Shown here piece after piece: positions 40,573-56,574 of a stretch of 64,000 nucleotides of DNA. The DNA is from Octopus vulgaris (Eukaryota), in assembly GCA_951406725.2 (NCBI GenBank), contig OX597818.1, positions 73,408,001 to 73,472,000 of the forward strand. The letters are read 5' to 3'. The first letter of the stretch is position 1. The number at the start of each line of letters is the position of its first letter. The position numbers and the translations under genes are program-made. The notes below the pieces were generated by a model that saw only the letters and a program-made list of their open reading frames with translations, had not been told where the DNA came from and made no database searches.

Positions 40573-40659
40573 CTACTAACCCGTCTTATTTTCTATTTTT
40601 TTCTTCTAACGTCATTTGTTTGCTAAGCCTTATCGATATTACAATAATCTCTCTATTGA

Positions 40660-41700
40660 AAGCCGCCCACTACCTCTTGTTGACGACACCCCCTGTCAAC
40701 TTCTGCTCAACTAAATTGCTGAACCGGTCCCTGTAAGCCTTACATGCCGGAAACGACATGTTTAGCATGCAGTAAACGGGTTCTATTCTACGCGTCTTAT
40801 CTAGGTCGACCGTACAGAGTACAAATTTAAGGTCTGAATATGCGACCGTTTTAAAAACTGGACACCCTACACTGTTACTATCTATTTTCCTAATGAAAAT
40901 CCTATATATGTACAATCTAGATGACCCTAAGCGGTTGGTGTCCAGGTCTACAGTGGCGCATTAGGGAAATCTCGTCGATACCTGTCAGACATTTGGAACT
41001 GGCTAATCAGGTTCTTGAGGCTTTTGCACCCCACTCTTCTATCAGCTACTTCCACACAATCCCAATGTTGATCTAATATTCCCTCCAGTCCCCTACTCAC
41101 AGTAAAGGGCAAGACGTACGTAGAAATGCTTCCAGACGCCTACAGAAATCTGGCCGGTTGGCTCCTGTAGAAGCGTAGATGGCCACCAGGCTAAAGACAC
41201 TACTTTCACCGCTGCTCACGTCCAGGACCACCAACTTCCCGTCCGAGATCCACTTCTTTCCTAAACAACACTGCCACCCTACATCCTATTCCTGGTCGAC
41301 TAACAGATGCAAAGATCTGATAGTCGTCGAACATGGGGGCCCGTCGCGCGTGTATTGGAAATCCCGGTTTCCCTGACAGCAATTATATCCATTTCTAGAG
41401 ACCTGAGGTCGTTGAGCATGCATCCCTGCTTTCAGGATGACACCAGGCCCCGCACATTTAAAAACCCTACTGTTAGTTTGGCCATGTTGGCAAGCTAAAG
41501 AGAGAAAGGAAAGGGTTACTTACCTCCCGATGTCTTGTGCAGGTCTGGGGGTTCGACCTCCATAGTTTTTGGCGGTCTTTTTAGGGAACCCCTTTAAGAG
41601 CATCGATGTGGGTCTCACGTTCTGGGTTTCCACGTCCTCTGGAAAGTTCTCTCAAATTTGTGTGTTGGAATCGAGTGACATTCGCACCAGAAGTAAATCT
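40660..41700 (-). mobile_element. L1/Tx1-clade LINE fragment (APE endonuclease)
   Basis: MAKLTVGFLNVRGL..DIIAVRET, GKLVVLDV..LVAIYAS, YSDLKFV..PVYCMLN (SDH and GYWKLN equivalents). Confidence 0.8.
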
Positions 41701-42255
41701 GGTACACGAAATGTGTCCGATTCGAAGATTACCCCCAGAACCCGTTTCAAATTTCGTGTTTTATGTTATGAGTGCCATAGTGAACAGTGATAAATTTCAT
41801 AACATATACATTTTTTTGTTACTTCAATGCGACATCTGGTCACTCATTAGTAATTGCATCAACAATGTATTCCCTATTGTACATCCATTAAGATCGTCTA
41901 GCAATATATTTAGTGGCAAATTTATTTCAAAAATATAGTTTCCCAGAGGAATTTCAGCTTTTTTTTTTGATAGTTTTCAAATGTTCCGTCCAAAACAGAA
42001 ATATAGTTACTAATACTATAAATAGCTAATTATTCAATGAAACCACCTGAATCGTGTATGTCGTGATGAATATTAAATTGACTGAAATCAGGCAGACATA
42101 TGACCGACGGAATTTCAGCTACACGGGCCCTATATCTGCCTTACTGCAATCAATTTTGTCTTTTCTGGACAGTAAATTTCCTTTGGCTTACCTGCATAAA
42201 TACAAGATTTTTTTATAGCGCGCATGAATACATGTAATCAAACACACACATATAC

Positions 42256-42295
<40 letters not shown>

Positions 42296-43967
42296 GAGAC
42301 AGAGAAAGAGTGAGAGAGAATGTGTATTGTCCGCTCCCATTCAATGCTTGACCACTTATTAGATGTGTTTTTTCTGAGCATGAGCATGTACGTGGCTTTT
42401 GTATCACGAGGACTGCTTGAGATTTGAATTACAAGCAGGAAAAATACGTCTTATTTCAAATAGCACATTTTTTTAATGATTTGTGAATATTTAAATGCCT
42501 TTTTAGACCAGCACGGGGCTTAAATGTTTCATTACAAAGATAACACGTGTCCGTCCATTGGAATGGTCTTTGTGTCACGTGGGACAACTGCATGAACATG
42601 AGTTCTGTTATATGGACTTAAGCCAGCCTTGAAAAAACAAATCTTGTAACACGTTGATCAACAAACGAATGACGTTATTTCTGAGTTTAACTAGGTATTA
42701 ATTTTCGACAGATTTCTTTTCCATTTTGTTTAATTTTCTTTCTTTTCTTCAAAAGCTCTTACTGCAGTCCGGATCCTTTTCCCTATTTATTTACGTCAAG
42801 TGCAATAAATTCAACATATTCGTATGATATATTGAACTCTAAAAGAGTGGGTTTTAGCATGTTTATTATCAAGATTTCGGATTGTACTATTTTTGTCTCC
42901 TAGAAGAGGTGTGCGCTAATCCCCATTCATATTAAATGACCGTTCTAACACAGCAATTGGAAACCGGCATGCTGTGAAATGCTGAGATATTTGCTCTCTC
43001 TTAAACCTTTATATCTTATGTAAACGACTTTTACATAATCCTGAGAATTTGAAAGGTACACATTGTTGAAAGCGTTCTTAGAAATTTATACGGTGGTTAT
43101 AAACAGTCCATGCTTCCACGGAAATAAAAAAGGAGGATAGTAAAAATGCACGATAAACCAAATCTTTTGAGATAACCCGGTGCCGAGAAAAGGAGTTAAT
43201 GTGCAAGGCCAGAATTACACATTTGAATGGACCGAGAAACTTACTTTGGAAGACGGAAAACATCTTGAAAGAGAGAAAAAGGTAGCATTTCACTTCATTT
43301 AGAGATAAAAAAAAAGAAGATAAGCAACATATTTATCCAATTTCCTGCGGATACTTCAAGAGAGAGGTGCGAGCAAACCCCATGTAAACTAGATAAGATT
43401 AGTGAGCTCTCCGTCATCGGAAAACCAACTATGCGAATACTCCATCAACAAAAGATTAAATATAACATCAAGTATGACCGTATTAAACAATAGACAGAAA
43501 CACCCTGGGGGATGTCGTCTCCATTTTTCCATACATTATCAGCTATACTCGATTTATCAATATCTCAATTTATAAAAAAAAATTAATTATTTAATTATTA
43601 GTTATTGATATTTTTTCTGGAGAATTGTTCGAAGAAATGCCGGTATTTTATTCTACTGCCGACAAAAAACTGCGCTTGCGCGATGGATTTGAAAAATGAT
43701 AATGTATAAGCAAAAGGCACATGCTGGATTTGCCTCGTACTTATATGTTTAATCTAGGCGTATATGTTGATGAAGACTTCGTCTAGCAAATTATTTTATT
43801 TACTAAACAAAGTCAGAAACCATGGTCCAGGAAATAGATGGCAAATGTTTTTATTTTTCATACCCTTTGAGTTTTTTATCCCTCATAGTGGTTTGGACTT
43901 TAGCTGTTCCTTCTAGCGTGAAAGGAATACTGTGAAGGATACCTCTTATATGTTTAAACGTACACTG

Positions 43968-44018
<51 letters not shown>

Positions 44019-44102
44019 GACAAAACATATTTGCACACATAAAGAGAGAGAAAGATAAATAGATAGATAGATGGATAAATAGATATATAGATAGCTAGAT
44101 GA

Positions 44103-44161
<59 letters not shown>

Positions 44162-44244
44162 CATGTATATATTAATGCAAGTGAAACAATTGTCGGATAC
44201 AGACATGATTTTCTTCGTACATATTCATTGTTATATATTCAATT

Positions 44245-44430
44245 TTTTCAGTTATTTGACTGTGGCCATGCTAGAGGATAGCCTTTATTCGAACAAATCG
44301 ATCCCAGAATATATTCTTTGTAAGCCTAGTAAATATTCTGTGGGTCTCTTTGCCGAACCGCTAGGTTACGGGGATGTAAACACACCACCATCGGTTGTCA
44401 AGCGGGGACAAACATAGACACAGAAACACA
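44245..44430 (-). mobile_element. SINE family A 3' part
   Basis: TTTGACTGTGGCCATGCT...CTCTTTGCCGAACCGCTAGGTTACGGGGATGTAAACACACC. Confidence 0.85.
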
Positions 44431-44456
44431 CACACACACACACCCGCACACACACT

Positions 44457-44493
<37 letters not shown>

Positions 44494-44498
44494 GTGTG

Positions 44499-44563
<65 letters not shown>

Positions 44564-45079
44564 GTATGTATATATATATATACATAAGTGCGTTTGTGTG
44601 CGTGTACATTTATATTCTCATAATATTTATCAAGTTTCCATTCACCATGATCTTCAGAAACAACGCCACATAATACAAAATTCTAGCAAATTAATACACA
44701 TGCATATTTATGTGTAAGTCTATTTCTATATGGAAGTTTATGTTATGTTCGAATGTTTGTGCATGTGTATATATTTACAATACATATCAAAATATAGCCG
44801 AGTTTATTCTGTTTATAGCAATCGACCAAGAAGGCTCCAGTTCAGATGTTCATAAATGATTGTACTGTAACCAGTGTAGTTGTTTTTAATACACAAAATA
44901 TATCAACATTTTATATATTTTGGGAATATCCTCTAAACATATTTCTTACACATTGCATTTTGTTTACAGATATACACGTTAATTGAAACTAAAATCAAAT
45001 AGCTTTGTTTGAATTTAATGTTTTGCCAATCTCCAATATACAATGTCATCTTTTAGCTCAATTTCAAAAATACTTCCTC

Positions 45080-46600
45080 GCTGTGTAAACAAATAAATGA
45101 GAATTTTATTTTTTTTACATTACTAATATTATTTTTATGGAAGCCAAAATTTCCTGATACATTCTTGAACAAAGAAAATATAATAATATAAACTCATTTG
45201 TAATTAACCGGTGCTCTAACCACCAATGACAAAATTTGTTTATGGTTGGAGATTGCAACCTATATGTATTGAACAAATAATGTAAATTAATTTTAAATTC
45301 TTAATTACGAAATGTTATTACCAGATCTTAACTTTCCAAGACTATAAACTCATTAACACATAATATTTACATGTTATATTACTTCTTTATTTCATTAATT
45401 TTTCTTAAAAAACATCTCCGTTTCACAATCAACAATATTTTCATGAAATCATATCAATAAGAATTTCGTTTTATGTTCTTTTCAACTTTATTTTCACTCA
45501 ACATACATTATTATATTTTGATGCAATCTTAAAATATTTCCAAGTCACTAGATTTTTAATTAATTATCCAATACAATGCATTTCTATGCTACTTTGAATT
45601 AACCTCTCGTTCACCTTATTAAAATATTCAAAGGAAAAGAATCTACAATTCACAATAATAATATAAAGCGAACCCCGTTCAGGTGGCTGGCCGTGAATAT
45701 TGTTTTCTCTAGTAAAGTCCAACTGCGATTAAACTTTTTTTCCGTGGTTTACGGCACTTTCAGAGAAATATTAAAGCCTTGATGTATTTCTAAACAATTT
45801 ATTATGTCTTGATTTATGCCACAATAGAGTAGCATTAATAGAAAAGCCACTTGATCTATACTTAAACTTGAATTCAAATCCTCTTCAACATTGCAGTTTT
45901 TACTGTTAAAGTAACATATAATTAGATTCTAATTTATACTACGTATCGTTTTGTTTACCCGGAGATGTATATTATAACCTAAAGCTAGGTAACAGGCTTT
46001 GAACTGTTTATTATGGTTTCTACGTGGATTCACAACTCTAAATCTTGTCAAGAAGAATTATAATATAAGACATGCTTGTCATAAAGCGCCTTCTCTTCTG
46101 AGAAGTATCTATGATGACACAACACAATGGATCAATTTCTTTGTCGAAAGAAACTAACATGTGATTAAATGTGTAGACTTTAGGAGACTGCATCAAAATG
46201 TTTCTTACGACGGCTCTAGTGCCTAAAGCTTTCCTACATTGCTAATATTATGAATTCCGTAACACCGCATAAAAAGATGATAAACGTATTTTCTACTATA
46301 ATGTTTTAAAATTCGTCCTTACTAGCTACACTTCAAATGGCTAACTAGTCTGATACAGTATACTTAATTTCACCACAAATATTCACCTAAAAATATCTTA
46401 ACATAAAACAGGTCTTTGTGTTGATGAATAAATATGTGCATAATTTTCTGACTTATATTAAAAATGTAAAAGTTTTTCCTAATGAAAATGCTCTCCTGAT
46501 GAAAATATTGAAAACCGCGGACACTCTGGAACGTTGTAAAGTACAAAGCTCAACAGTATGTATTGCTTGCAGTTCTTTTACAGATTAAAGCGCATCTATT
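45080..46600 (-). pseudogene. Highly decayed hAT-superfamily transposase, CGGBP-related type
   Basis: Collinear fragments CVIIDTSQKRRRFMTS (cf. SIDETTD..GR), ISLKVP (FLKAP), QPPE (LPPEP), YYCE, and RAPVN..FSLFKNV (APITS.DVERSFS.YKN); many stops and frameshifts. Confidence 0.45.
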
Positions 46601-46789
46601 TTGAAATAAAAGCAATTAAATATATTTTCCGTTCCTCTTTCATTTGAGTGGTGTTTGGCTTAGAGGAGCCTGTAATGTTCTCGATGCCAATCGAAACCAC
46701 TATTTTTATTATATCAAGATGGAAAGTCCCTTTACAACATTAAAAAATATGCGAAGAACTTTTACTACAGGTTAAGCAATTCCAGTGCA

Positions 46790-47078
46790 TACCTGGCACT
46801 TATTTTTTGATAATTGAGTGTCGTGAATCCCATGACTCGTACACCTGGAACTATGCCCACGTAGAATTGAGCAAGCCCACATTACACTGCATTGAACAGG
46901 ATGCTGGCCCGAATATGGTCAATTCTCGTCTATAATTGGAATAAATTGCAGGTAAGTGGAATTCAGCAACATGTAAGGAAGCATTTTTCGTTACGTATAC
47001 AACGTATCGCACAGTCAAGGAATTGAAACCTTATAATTGTCAATAAAATCTCTAACCACAAGACCACGCGCTTTCACG
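46790..47078 (-). mobile_element. Old tRNA-derived SINE
   Basis: Minus-strand head GCGCGTGGTCTTGTGGTTAG...GGTTTCAATTCC. Confidence 0.55.
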
Positions 47079-47989
47079 TAAGAACACATTGCAATGAAAT
47101 AATGTGCCCTGTGTACGCATAATTTTCATTTATGATTTTTTTTTCAGTGGAATAAATGAATATTTAATTAATATCAGATGAGCGAAGATTATATTTGAAA
47201 TAACTATACTACCATATTTTCAGCTTCCTGGGAGAGTCATTATTATTTTGCTCAAAATGAAGCTAGGGTAACGTGAAACAAAATTAAGTTCTGGAAGTTG
47301 AATAATCACTACTTAGAATAATCACACACACATATGTATGTATATATACATACGTATGTATAAATATATGTGTGTGTGCATGTGCGTTTGTGTGTGTAAA
47401 TATAGAGATATAGAAAGAAGAAAGGGGAAGAGTGAGATACTTATTCGCTTTTATAAATGCAAGAGTTGTGTATGCGTGTATGAACGCGTGCTTGTGTGTA
47501 TGTATTTGTGTGCGAGCATGCGCTTGCGTACATGTTTGTGTGTAAACGAGGCATACGCTTCACGCACTATCAAAACTGCATGAAAAAATCACATTATGGC
47601 TATTTAATTCTCATCCTAATGTCTTCATGTATGTGCATAGAATTTTAAATAGTCAGGCCATTTCATCGTATCTAGAGCATGTACTTTTTAGTACAGCCAT
47701 TAGTATAGTGTATTGGCAAAAGAACAAAGTAATAAATTATAATGTAATTTGAAAAAAATGTATATTGCACGATTATAGCATTATGTATACAGCATATTCA
47801 ATTATAATATAATCTTCCGAACGAGAATCGGAATTAATTCTTGAGTAAGACATATAAATTTAAGGGAAGTATTCTTTTACAATTGCTGGTCACAACTCCT
47901 AAAATAAACAGACTCAGCAAGAAATGTCCTCCTGGTTAGCACATCTAGCTAGACAACAACGCAGGGGATATTTTGTGACGAACATGTCT

Positions 47990-48300
47990 CTAGCTATGCG
48001 ATCTTGAGTTCAGTCCCACAGGACGGCATCTTAGACATATCTTTTCCATAATAGCCCCGCGTGGGTATAGTAGACAGCAAGAGAAAGATGTCTCACGTAT
48101 ATATATATATAAATTCATATATACATATATACTTTACTACCACTTGATACCTGAATTTAATCTGATTACGTTCTCATAATTAAGCGGTTCAGAAAAGGAG
48201 GTCGAAAAGGTGCTTAACAGAATTTAAAAATAAGATTTCGATTAGTTAAGTCGTTGATCCAGTATGGCTGTAGGATGGTATCTGAAACAATTACAAATAA
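47990..48300 (+). mobile_element. Old SINE family A copy
   Basis: GAGTTCAGTCCCAC...ATAGCCCC...GTAGAC...AAGCGGTTC...CTGAAACAA. Confidence 0.6.
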
Positions 48301-48874
48301 AGGGAGTAATATAAGTGCCAACGCTTCCTAGGGACGACACATCACCATCTTTGAATAAAAACTACCTTAGATGAACAGTTCGGAAAGCAAAATGTTTTTA
48401 AATACGGTAGCTACTGGCGTTCACCAACACAAATACGTTAGGTGATATCAACGACGTTTACGTTATGGAGCTGTTCCTAATTTGAATTTCATTCAATCAA
48501 AATATTTGTTTATGTATTAATTTTCAGCTAATTATGTAATAACAATCCGTTTGATGATGTTTGCATCTAAGTTAAGAGAATACCTATATAGCAACTGAAA
48601 TGAATTTTTTGAAATGTGAGATGGTATACTATAACACCAAATGATGCACTGACCATTCGTTTTAGCCAAGTTCAAACCTATGAAATGTCATAACAGCTAT
48701 TTCTATTCGACTGTCGTCATTGTTTACTGGCTTTTATCATTGAGTCGAAGTATTAAGCTCTTGAATGTCGTAGGTATAATTTGTCCAGTAAATAAACAGT
48801 AATACATTTTATAAAATGTATATATAATATATATAGAGAGATAGATATACATATGTAGATACATACACACACAC

Positions 48875-48916
<42 letters not shown>

Positions 48917-48918
48917 TA

Positions 48919-49070
48919 CGACGGACTTCTTTCAGTTTCCGTCTACCAAATCCACTCACAAGGCTTTGGTCGGCCCGAGGCTATAGTAGAAGACACTTGC
49001 TCAAGGTGCCACGCAGTGGGACTGAACCCGGAACCATGTGGTTGGTAAAGAAGCTACTTACCACACATCC
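48919..49070 (-). mobile_element. SINE family A 5' half, little diverged
   Basis: CGACGGACTTCTTTCAGTTTCCGTCTACCAAATCCACTCACAAGG...GGGACTGAACCCGGAACCATGTGG. Confidence 0.9.
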
Positions 49071-49090
49071 ACTATATATATATATGCATA

Positions 49091-49201
<111 letters not shown>

Positions 49202-49257
49202 AAGGGTTTAGTAAAATAAATTACTTTGCCACATACTATATATATATGTGTATATAA

Positions 49258-50310
<1,053 letters not shown>

Positions 50311-50479
50311 ACACTCACTCACACATACACATACACTCACGCGCACACACTCACTCACACACACAAATATGAATATATGTATATATCTATCAATGTATGC
50401 ATTCAGCTGTATCAGTGCCAAGATTAACTAAAATGTTTGTGACACATTACAATTCTCTCTCTCTTTCTCTTTCACTCTT

Positions 50480-50513
<34 letters not shown>

Positions 50514-50514
50514 G

Positions 50515-50554
<40 letters not shown>

Positions 50555-50633
50555 ATATATATAAACATATACATATGCATATACATATATATTTATATAT
50601 ATATATATACATATAAACATATATATATGCACA

Positions 50634-50683
<50 letters not shown>

Positions 50684-52113
50684 ATATATATATATATGTA
50701 TAGAGTGAGAGAGAGTGTTTGATAGATAGATAGATATCATAGGGAGAGGTGAAAAGGTAATGAGAGAAATAGAGAGGCAGATATTAAAACAGAGAACATA
50801 AAAGATATACCAACAGCAAACAAAGATTAGAGTATGGAACTATTCCTTCTACATATAATCATTTTCACCGTTACAATCCAGTAATCGCCACCTCCTTATA
50901 TTTTTCTAAAATAATTGCAATGAATTCCTTTCTTTCAGGGTACCTCTTGTGAGATAATTTTTTCAAATTAGATTATATTACTGCTTTTTCATCCTCATCC
51001 TCTAATATCTTTGACTACGTTACAGGTTTGCGAATTATTTTAAATTAATTTACTTGTAATAATTTGAAGCAAAATTTAATGCTAGTGTACGTATATTACA
51101 GTGTAGCTTATGTTATTCTTCGTATCAATTTGTTTGTAGTTTAGCATTAAAAGAGAAGAGAACATTTTGCTATTCCTTCCTCTACATTGTTTCGTCTGAG
51201 AGGCAGGGTAAAGATTTTCTAGTCAACACTTACATGTGTCGCAAGTGAATGTATCTGCGTATACATGCGTTTGTACGTGTGTGAAAATAAGAAAATATTC
51301 AATATGCAGTTCATAACATCTCGAAGTAAACAGTTAAATACACACGCTATTTGATCACTGTTGTTTGGCGACAAGGAATCAGTTATTAGAGCAACAGAAT
51401 TATCTACTCCTCGAAATGTGAGTAGCAGGTTACACAAGTGAGCGAAGAGGTAATTGTTAATCATCAAAGCGAGAGCGTTTCTTAAAAAGAGAAACGAGGA
51501 GCGAAATTAAGCGTGTATTTGACCGACGTTTCTAAACCAATAAAATAACACTTCTCTTACAAACCAATGTAGTTTTACACACCGTTTCTCAACTATTGCC
51601 TTTCAATTATATTAAGTAATTCGGTGTATCTACTGAAGTACGACAAAACGTGCAAGGAGTAATAAACAAGGCTTTTATTTTTGGCGGGGGGGGGGATATC
51701 AGCTTGTGAGAGATATTTATGGATAACAACAGTACTACAAAAATACATATATGCATATATATGTGTGTGCGTGTGTGCGTGCGTGTGCGTGCGCGTGCGT
51801 GTGCGTGCGTACGTGCCTGTGTGTGAATTATATACACACACACACACACACACACATGCTCTCTCTCTCACTTTCTCCTCATCCATCACACTCTTGTACT
51901 GTCTTATATTCCTCCCCACCACTACAAACTCAATACCACTATAAAATGGTCAAAACTTTTCACACAGGAACTTAGTTTGATTTGAACACCCCACTAGAAT
52001 GGGAGAAAGCGCTAATACATGATCAAAGTTATATGATGTATAAAAAATGTAATATACAAATAAATATCTGTAAATATAAACCATCCGATTTTCTGAGTAC
52101 CTCATTTCTTCTA

Positions 52114-52160
<47 letters not shown>

Positions 52161-52505
52161 GATGCCATTTAATATACACAAGTTAACCAGTAGTTAACAC
52201 GTAGATTTTTTGTAAATTGTAAAACTGTATGTTAAACGATATCTATATCTCACTGGATGGAAACCTTTTTTGATCGATCCTACCTATGTATTCTCCTGTT
52301 TTCATTTTTGATGATCCAGTCAACATTGCTGGTCACCTTTCCATAGTCAATATATTGAATTGATTCAATTTATTAAACTCTTCCCAAATATTCGGACCAT
52401 GTAATTGTGTTAGAAACAATGAAATAAATCTCTGCGCGTAAAAAAGAAACATTTTTATCATCGTCATCATCTTCATCATCATCATCATCATCATTATTAT
52501 TATTA

Positions 52506-52558
<53 letters not shown>

Positions 52559-52560
<2 letters not shown>

Positions 52561-54888
52561 ATGTTTGACTTTTGCTTTGTATTTGTACAAGTTGACTCTA
52601 AGCCTCACCCAGACACCTCAAGAGATAAGTTATAAGTTCATGTTGGTGTTATATCTAGGGTGACATTTATTTGGTTTTGCACTTACTATTGTTCTAGGGA
52701 ATGTTTAAGAAAACATAACAAAATTATGAGTTTGTTTTAAAATTTCAGATTACATAGACAGTATGTTCCTAGGAGAACAACTTTTGAATTTCTAGCAATT
52801 TGGGTTTTCCTGATATCTGAGCTAGGTAGCAATCCATTCTTTTACTATCATTGCTTGGGCACCTATGGCAACAGGTATCATTTTAGTCTTGAGGTTAATT
52901 TCTATTTCAAGATCTTTATACTTGTTTAGTTCTTAGTACGTCTTGACAGAAACATTTATGCCGATTGAGACAGTCATATCAATGAGGAGTCATGATTTTT
53001 GTCTCACGTATTTCAATATGATGTCTGGCCTATTCGCATCTATCTTTCTGTCTGTGTGAATGTTGAATTTCTAGAGGAGTGAGATGTGATCATTTACAAG
53101 CACTTGATGTGGCTTGTGTTCCCACCAGTTTTTATCATGGGGCAGGTCCAGGTTTTGTAAACTACCCAGTGAATATATTGTGCTCAATCATGCCTGTTCA
53201 TATACTCTGTAACCGCAAGACGGCTGCACAAGGAGAAAACATGATCAATGGTTTCATTTTGTTGTTTGCATACACGACATATTGGGCTACTGCCGTTATT
53301 TAATATGTTGGCCTGGTAGTTTCTTGTAGGTAGGCATTGATCCTGGGTGGCTTTGATAAACCCTTTTGTTTCTGATTTTAAGCCAGAAGATAATAACCAT
53401 TGATAGGGAAGGACTTTGTCCACATTGGCATCATTAGCTCCCTTTGGGTATTTGCCAGTGAGATATTTTTCTGTAAGAATAACTAAGGCACCAGTTTTAG
53501 CACGGGCTTTCATACGCTTAGCTTTTTCCGTGCTTGTTTCTAGTACGTCTAATTCTAGAACTTGTTGTATTTGAAATTCACTTAGATATTCCTGTGCCTG
53601 TTTTGTTACTGATGCTTTCTTGTTTTCATGCTTTGAGACACTTTTTAACATCTAGTTATCAGAGATTTTCAGGTAGTTGTCAAGGTCAATTATGGCAATC
53701 TTCAATGTTAATTCTAGTTGTAAAAGTTCACGGCCACTCTCTATCCTTGGCAGGTAGAGTCCATCTATGTCTGCCTTAGAGTGGTGCATTCTCTGCATTG
53801 TCAACAATATTCGTATTTTTCTGTCACAGTTACATATTTCAATAATTGACCAGTTAATGATATTCAAACTGTAAGTCACGACTGGTATGGCTAAATTTTT
53901 GATCGCTTCAACCCTGTTTCTTGCATTCAGCTCTCACTTGAGTATTGTCTTTACCCTACGATAACATTCTCTTCTGACCCTCTCCCTCATCCCTGAATGT
54001 TTGATTCCGTCCCCTTCAAATCCCCTTAGGTATTTGCATCTCTCAGCAAGTTCTAACACCATTATGACATTCTGTTGGTCAAGATTAACGTTGGGTATTT
54101 CTGTCATTTTTACCTTTGATAAAGTTAGCTTTTGCATATTTATCGAAGCCACATTGCATCCTGATGTCATCACTGAATTGTTTATCCATCGCTTGTAAGC
54201 CATGTAAATGTTGCTCATTTTTGCAATGAGCTTTAATTCATCCATGTAAATGAGATGATTTATATTTTTATCAAACATTTTATAATCGTTTGTACATCAT
54301 GGAGCAGTTTCGAGAGAGGTATTAAGGCTAGACAAAAGATGAGTGGTGACAGAGAGTCACCCTGGAAAATGCCACTTGAAATTCTTACATTCAGTCAAAA
54401 TAGATGTTAGCATTTTCTACATTGTTGTTAAGCAGGTTATAGGTCTATAATTTTTTGGTTCCTTTGTTTCTCCATTTTTTGGAAGTAGGAAAGTTACACC
54501 ATTAACAAGCCAAGAGGGAATCATACTAGGTTGTTGCAAAACATTGTTGTAAAGTTGTGTTAGTTCATGTCTCTCTGGGATTGCATTCAACCAGAAGTTA
54601 GGAATTTTATCCTTTCCTGTAGACATCATTTTGCTTGACTTTCTGAAAGTAGATCTTACATCCTCTACCTTGATACACTTCCACTTTTGCTCTTCTAAGG
54701 TGTCTAAATCTGTAGATATTCTATTAAACCAAGGGACCCATTCATTGTGTATTTTTTCTTTTGCCGAAATTTTATTGCAAAATTCCTGCACTTCTTTTGA
54801 TGGAACAGACTTAACTGTAACTGGTATGTCCCTCTCTTCCTGTAAAAGGTTTTCGGGTTATTTTTGAATATGTTGTTGTCTAATACAT
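52559..54888 (-). mobile_element. R4/Dong-like LINE (partial RT, CCHC, RLE) inserted in (AAT)n
   Basis: NNIFKNNPKTFY, GKDKIPNFWL, PKNYRPITCLTTM, GIFQGDSLSPL, NHLIYMDELKL, LYLPRIESGR, ATQDQCL, CRVC..ETIDHVFSLC, NRPDII; (ATT)n on both flanks. Confidence 0.92.
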
Positions 54889-54924
54889 AAAAAAAATAAA
54901 TAAAAAAAAAAAAAAATAAATAAA

Positions 54925-54984
<60 letters not shown>

Positions 54985-55012
54985 ATTATTATTATTATTA
55001 TTATCATTATTA

Positions 55013-55064
<52 letters not shown>

Positions 55065-55097
55065 CATTATTATTATTATTATCATTATTATTATTAC

Positions 55098-55178
<81 letters not shown>

Positions 55179-55180
<2 letters not shown>

Positions 55181-55461
55181 TAGTTTTTTTATATAGCGTG
55201 CTTTCACTTCACTACCGAGCGCAGCTCTGTGTGCCTTGGGTATGTGCTGTGTTTTGTTGTGATGCTCTGATGGTTATTGCATGGAAAGTGTTCTGCGTAG
55301 GATGTGTGCAGTGCCTAGTAATGCAATTTTCTGTATGTTATATGTGTTTGTAAGTCCTGGTGCTTTTGTTATGTATTTGTCTGAATATTTTTCATCATGC
55401 CTAATGCACCTACTATGATAGGGATTGTTTCTGTTTTTAGATTCCACATTCTGGTTACCTC

Positions 55462-55462
<1 letters not shown>
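55179..55462 (-). mobile_element. R4/Dong-like LINE extreme 3' end (second family)
   Basis: EVTRMWNLKTETIPIIVGALG and IQKIALLGTAHILRRTLS, then a 3' UTR and (AAT)n. Confidence 0.85.
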
Positions 55463-55507
<45 letters not shown>

Positions 55508-55575
55508 GTTGTTGTTGTTGTTGTTGTTGTTAGTACTACTACTACTACTACTACTACTAATACTACTACTACTAC

Positions 55576-55611
<36 letters not shown>

Positions 55612-55612
55612 T

Positions 55613-56153
55613 GAGTGAGAGAGCAGTGCATGCCATCAAGGTGACACTGGGGTAAATATACGAAGCCCAGTATACCCGTCTGATAAGGGTACATCAGGCA
55701 CATGCATCACAAGCATATGTGCACGACATGGTGATCTCATATCAAGATAAACAGCGCATGACCTTGCAGGTGGGGCCTAGTTAGAATTTTCTTCTGGTCG
55801 AGTAACCCATCTTGCTCAAAAGGTCCCTGAATAAGGGTTGTTTAAGGATGTTGAACGAAACATCCATGTTTCCAGAGGTGAGTTATTCAAACACCAAAGA
55901 ATCCCTCTCAACACATAGCTATGATGCTCCCCCACTATTTCTCCTCGTGATCAGAGATGTTCATATTGTCAGCCATTAAGAGACATGCTCAACTGGTTAA
56001 GGTCAAACAACCGACAAGCAAATCTGTGGTATTGAGCAGAATATTTGCTGTAGACCATCATTTATACCAAGACAAAACAATGTACATGATAAAACTTCCA
56101 GTCAGTTAAGATCAGAAACCACGAGAACCACTGCCTGGTACTGCATCAGGGTA
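55613..56153 (-). mobile_element. ~555-bp (AAT)n-embedded non-coding element, copy 2
   Basis: Homologous end to end with copies 1 and 3; small internal deletion near 55677. Confidence 0.9.
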
Positions 56154-56184
56154 TTTTGTTGTTATTATTATTATTATTATTATT

Positions 56185-56215
<31 letters not shown>

Positions 56216-56228
56216 CCATCATCATCAC

Positions 56229-56287
<59 letters not shown>

Positions 56288-56293
56288 CTACTA

Positions 56294-56383
<90 letters not shown>

Positions 56384-56447
56384 TACTATTACTATTATTA
56401 TTATTATTATTATTATTACTATTATTATTATTATTATTATTATAATT

Positions 56448-56478
<31 letters not shown>

Positions 56479-56519
56479 TTGTTGGCATTATTATTATTAT
56501 TATTATCATTATTTTTATC

Positions 56520-56573
<54 letters not shown>
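56154..56573. repeat. Compound (ATT)/(ATC)/(CTA) trinucleotide tract
   Basis: Direct observation. Confidence 0.95.

Positions 56574-56574
<1 letters not shown>

Noticed and set aside
42330-43200. Possible pogo DDE remnant (FFKAGLSPYN) or piggyBac-like end
   Set aside because: A single short motif with no second terminus or collinear support.
46496-46525. CTGATGA...GAAA resembling a hammerhead
   Set aside because: No stem I or stem III and no NUH in register; lies within the hAT relic.
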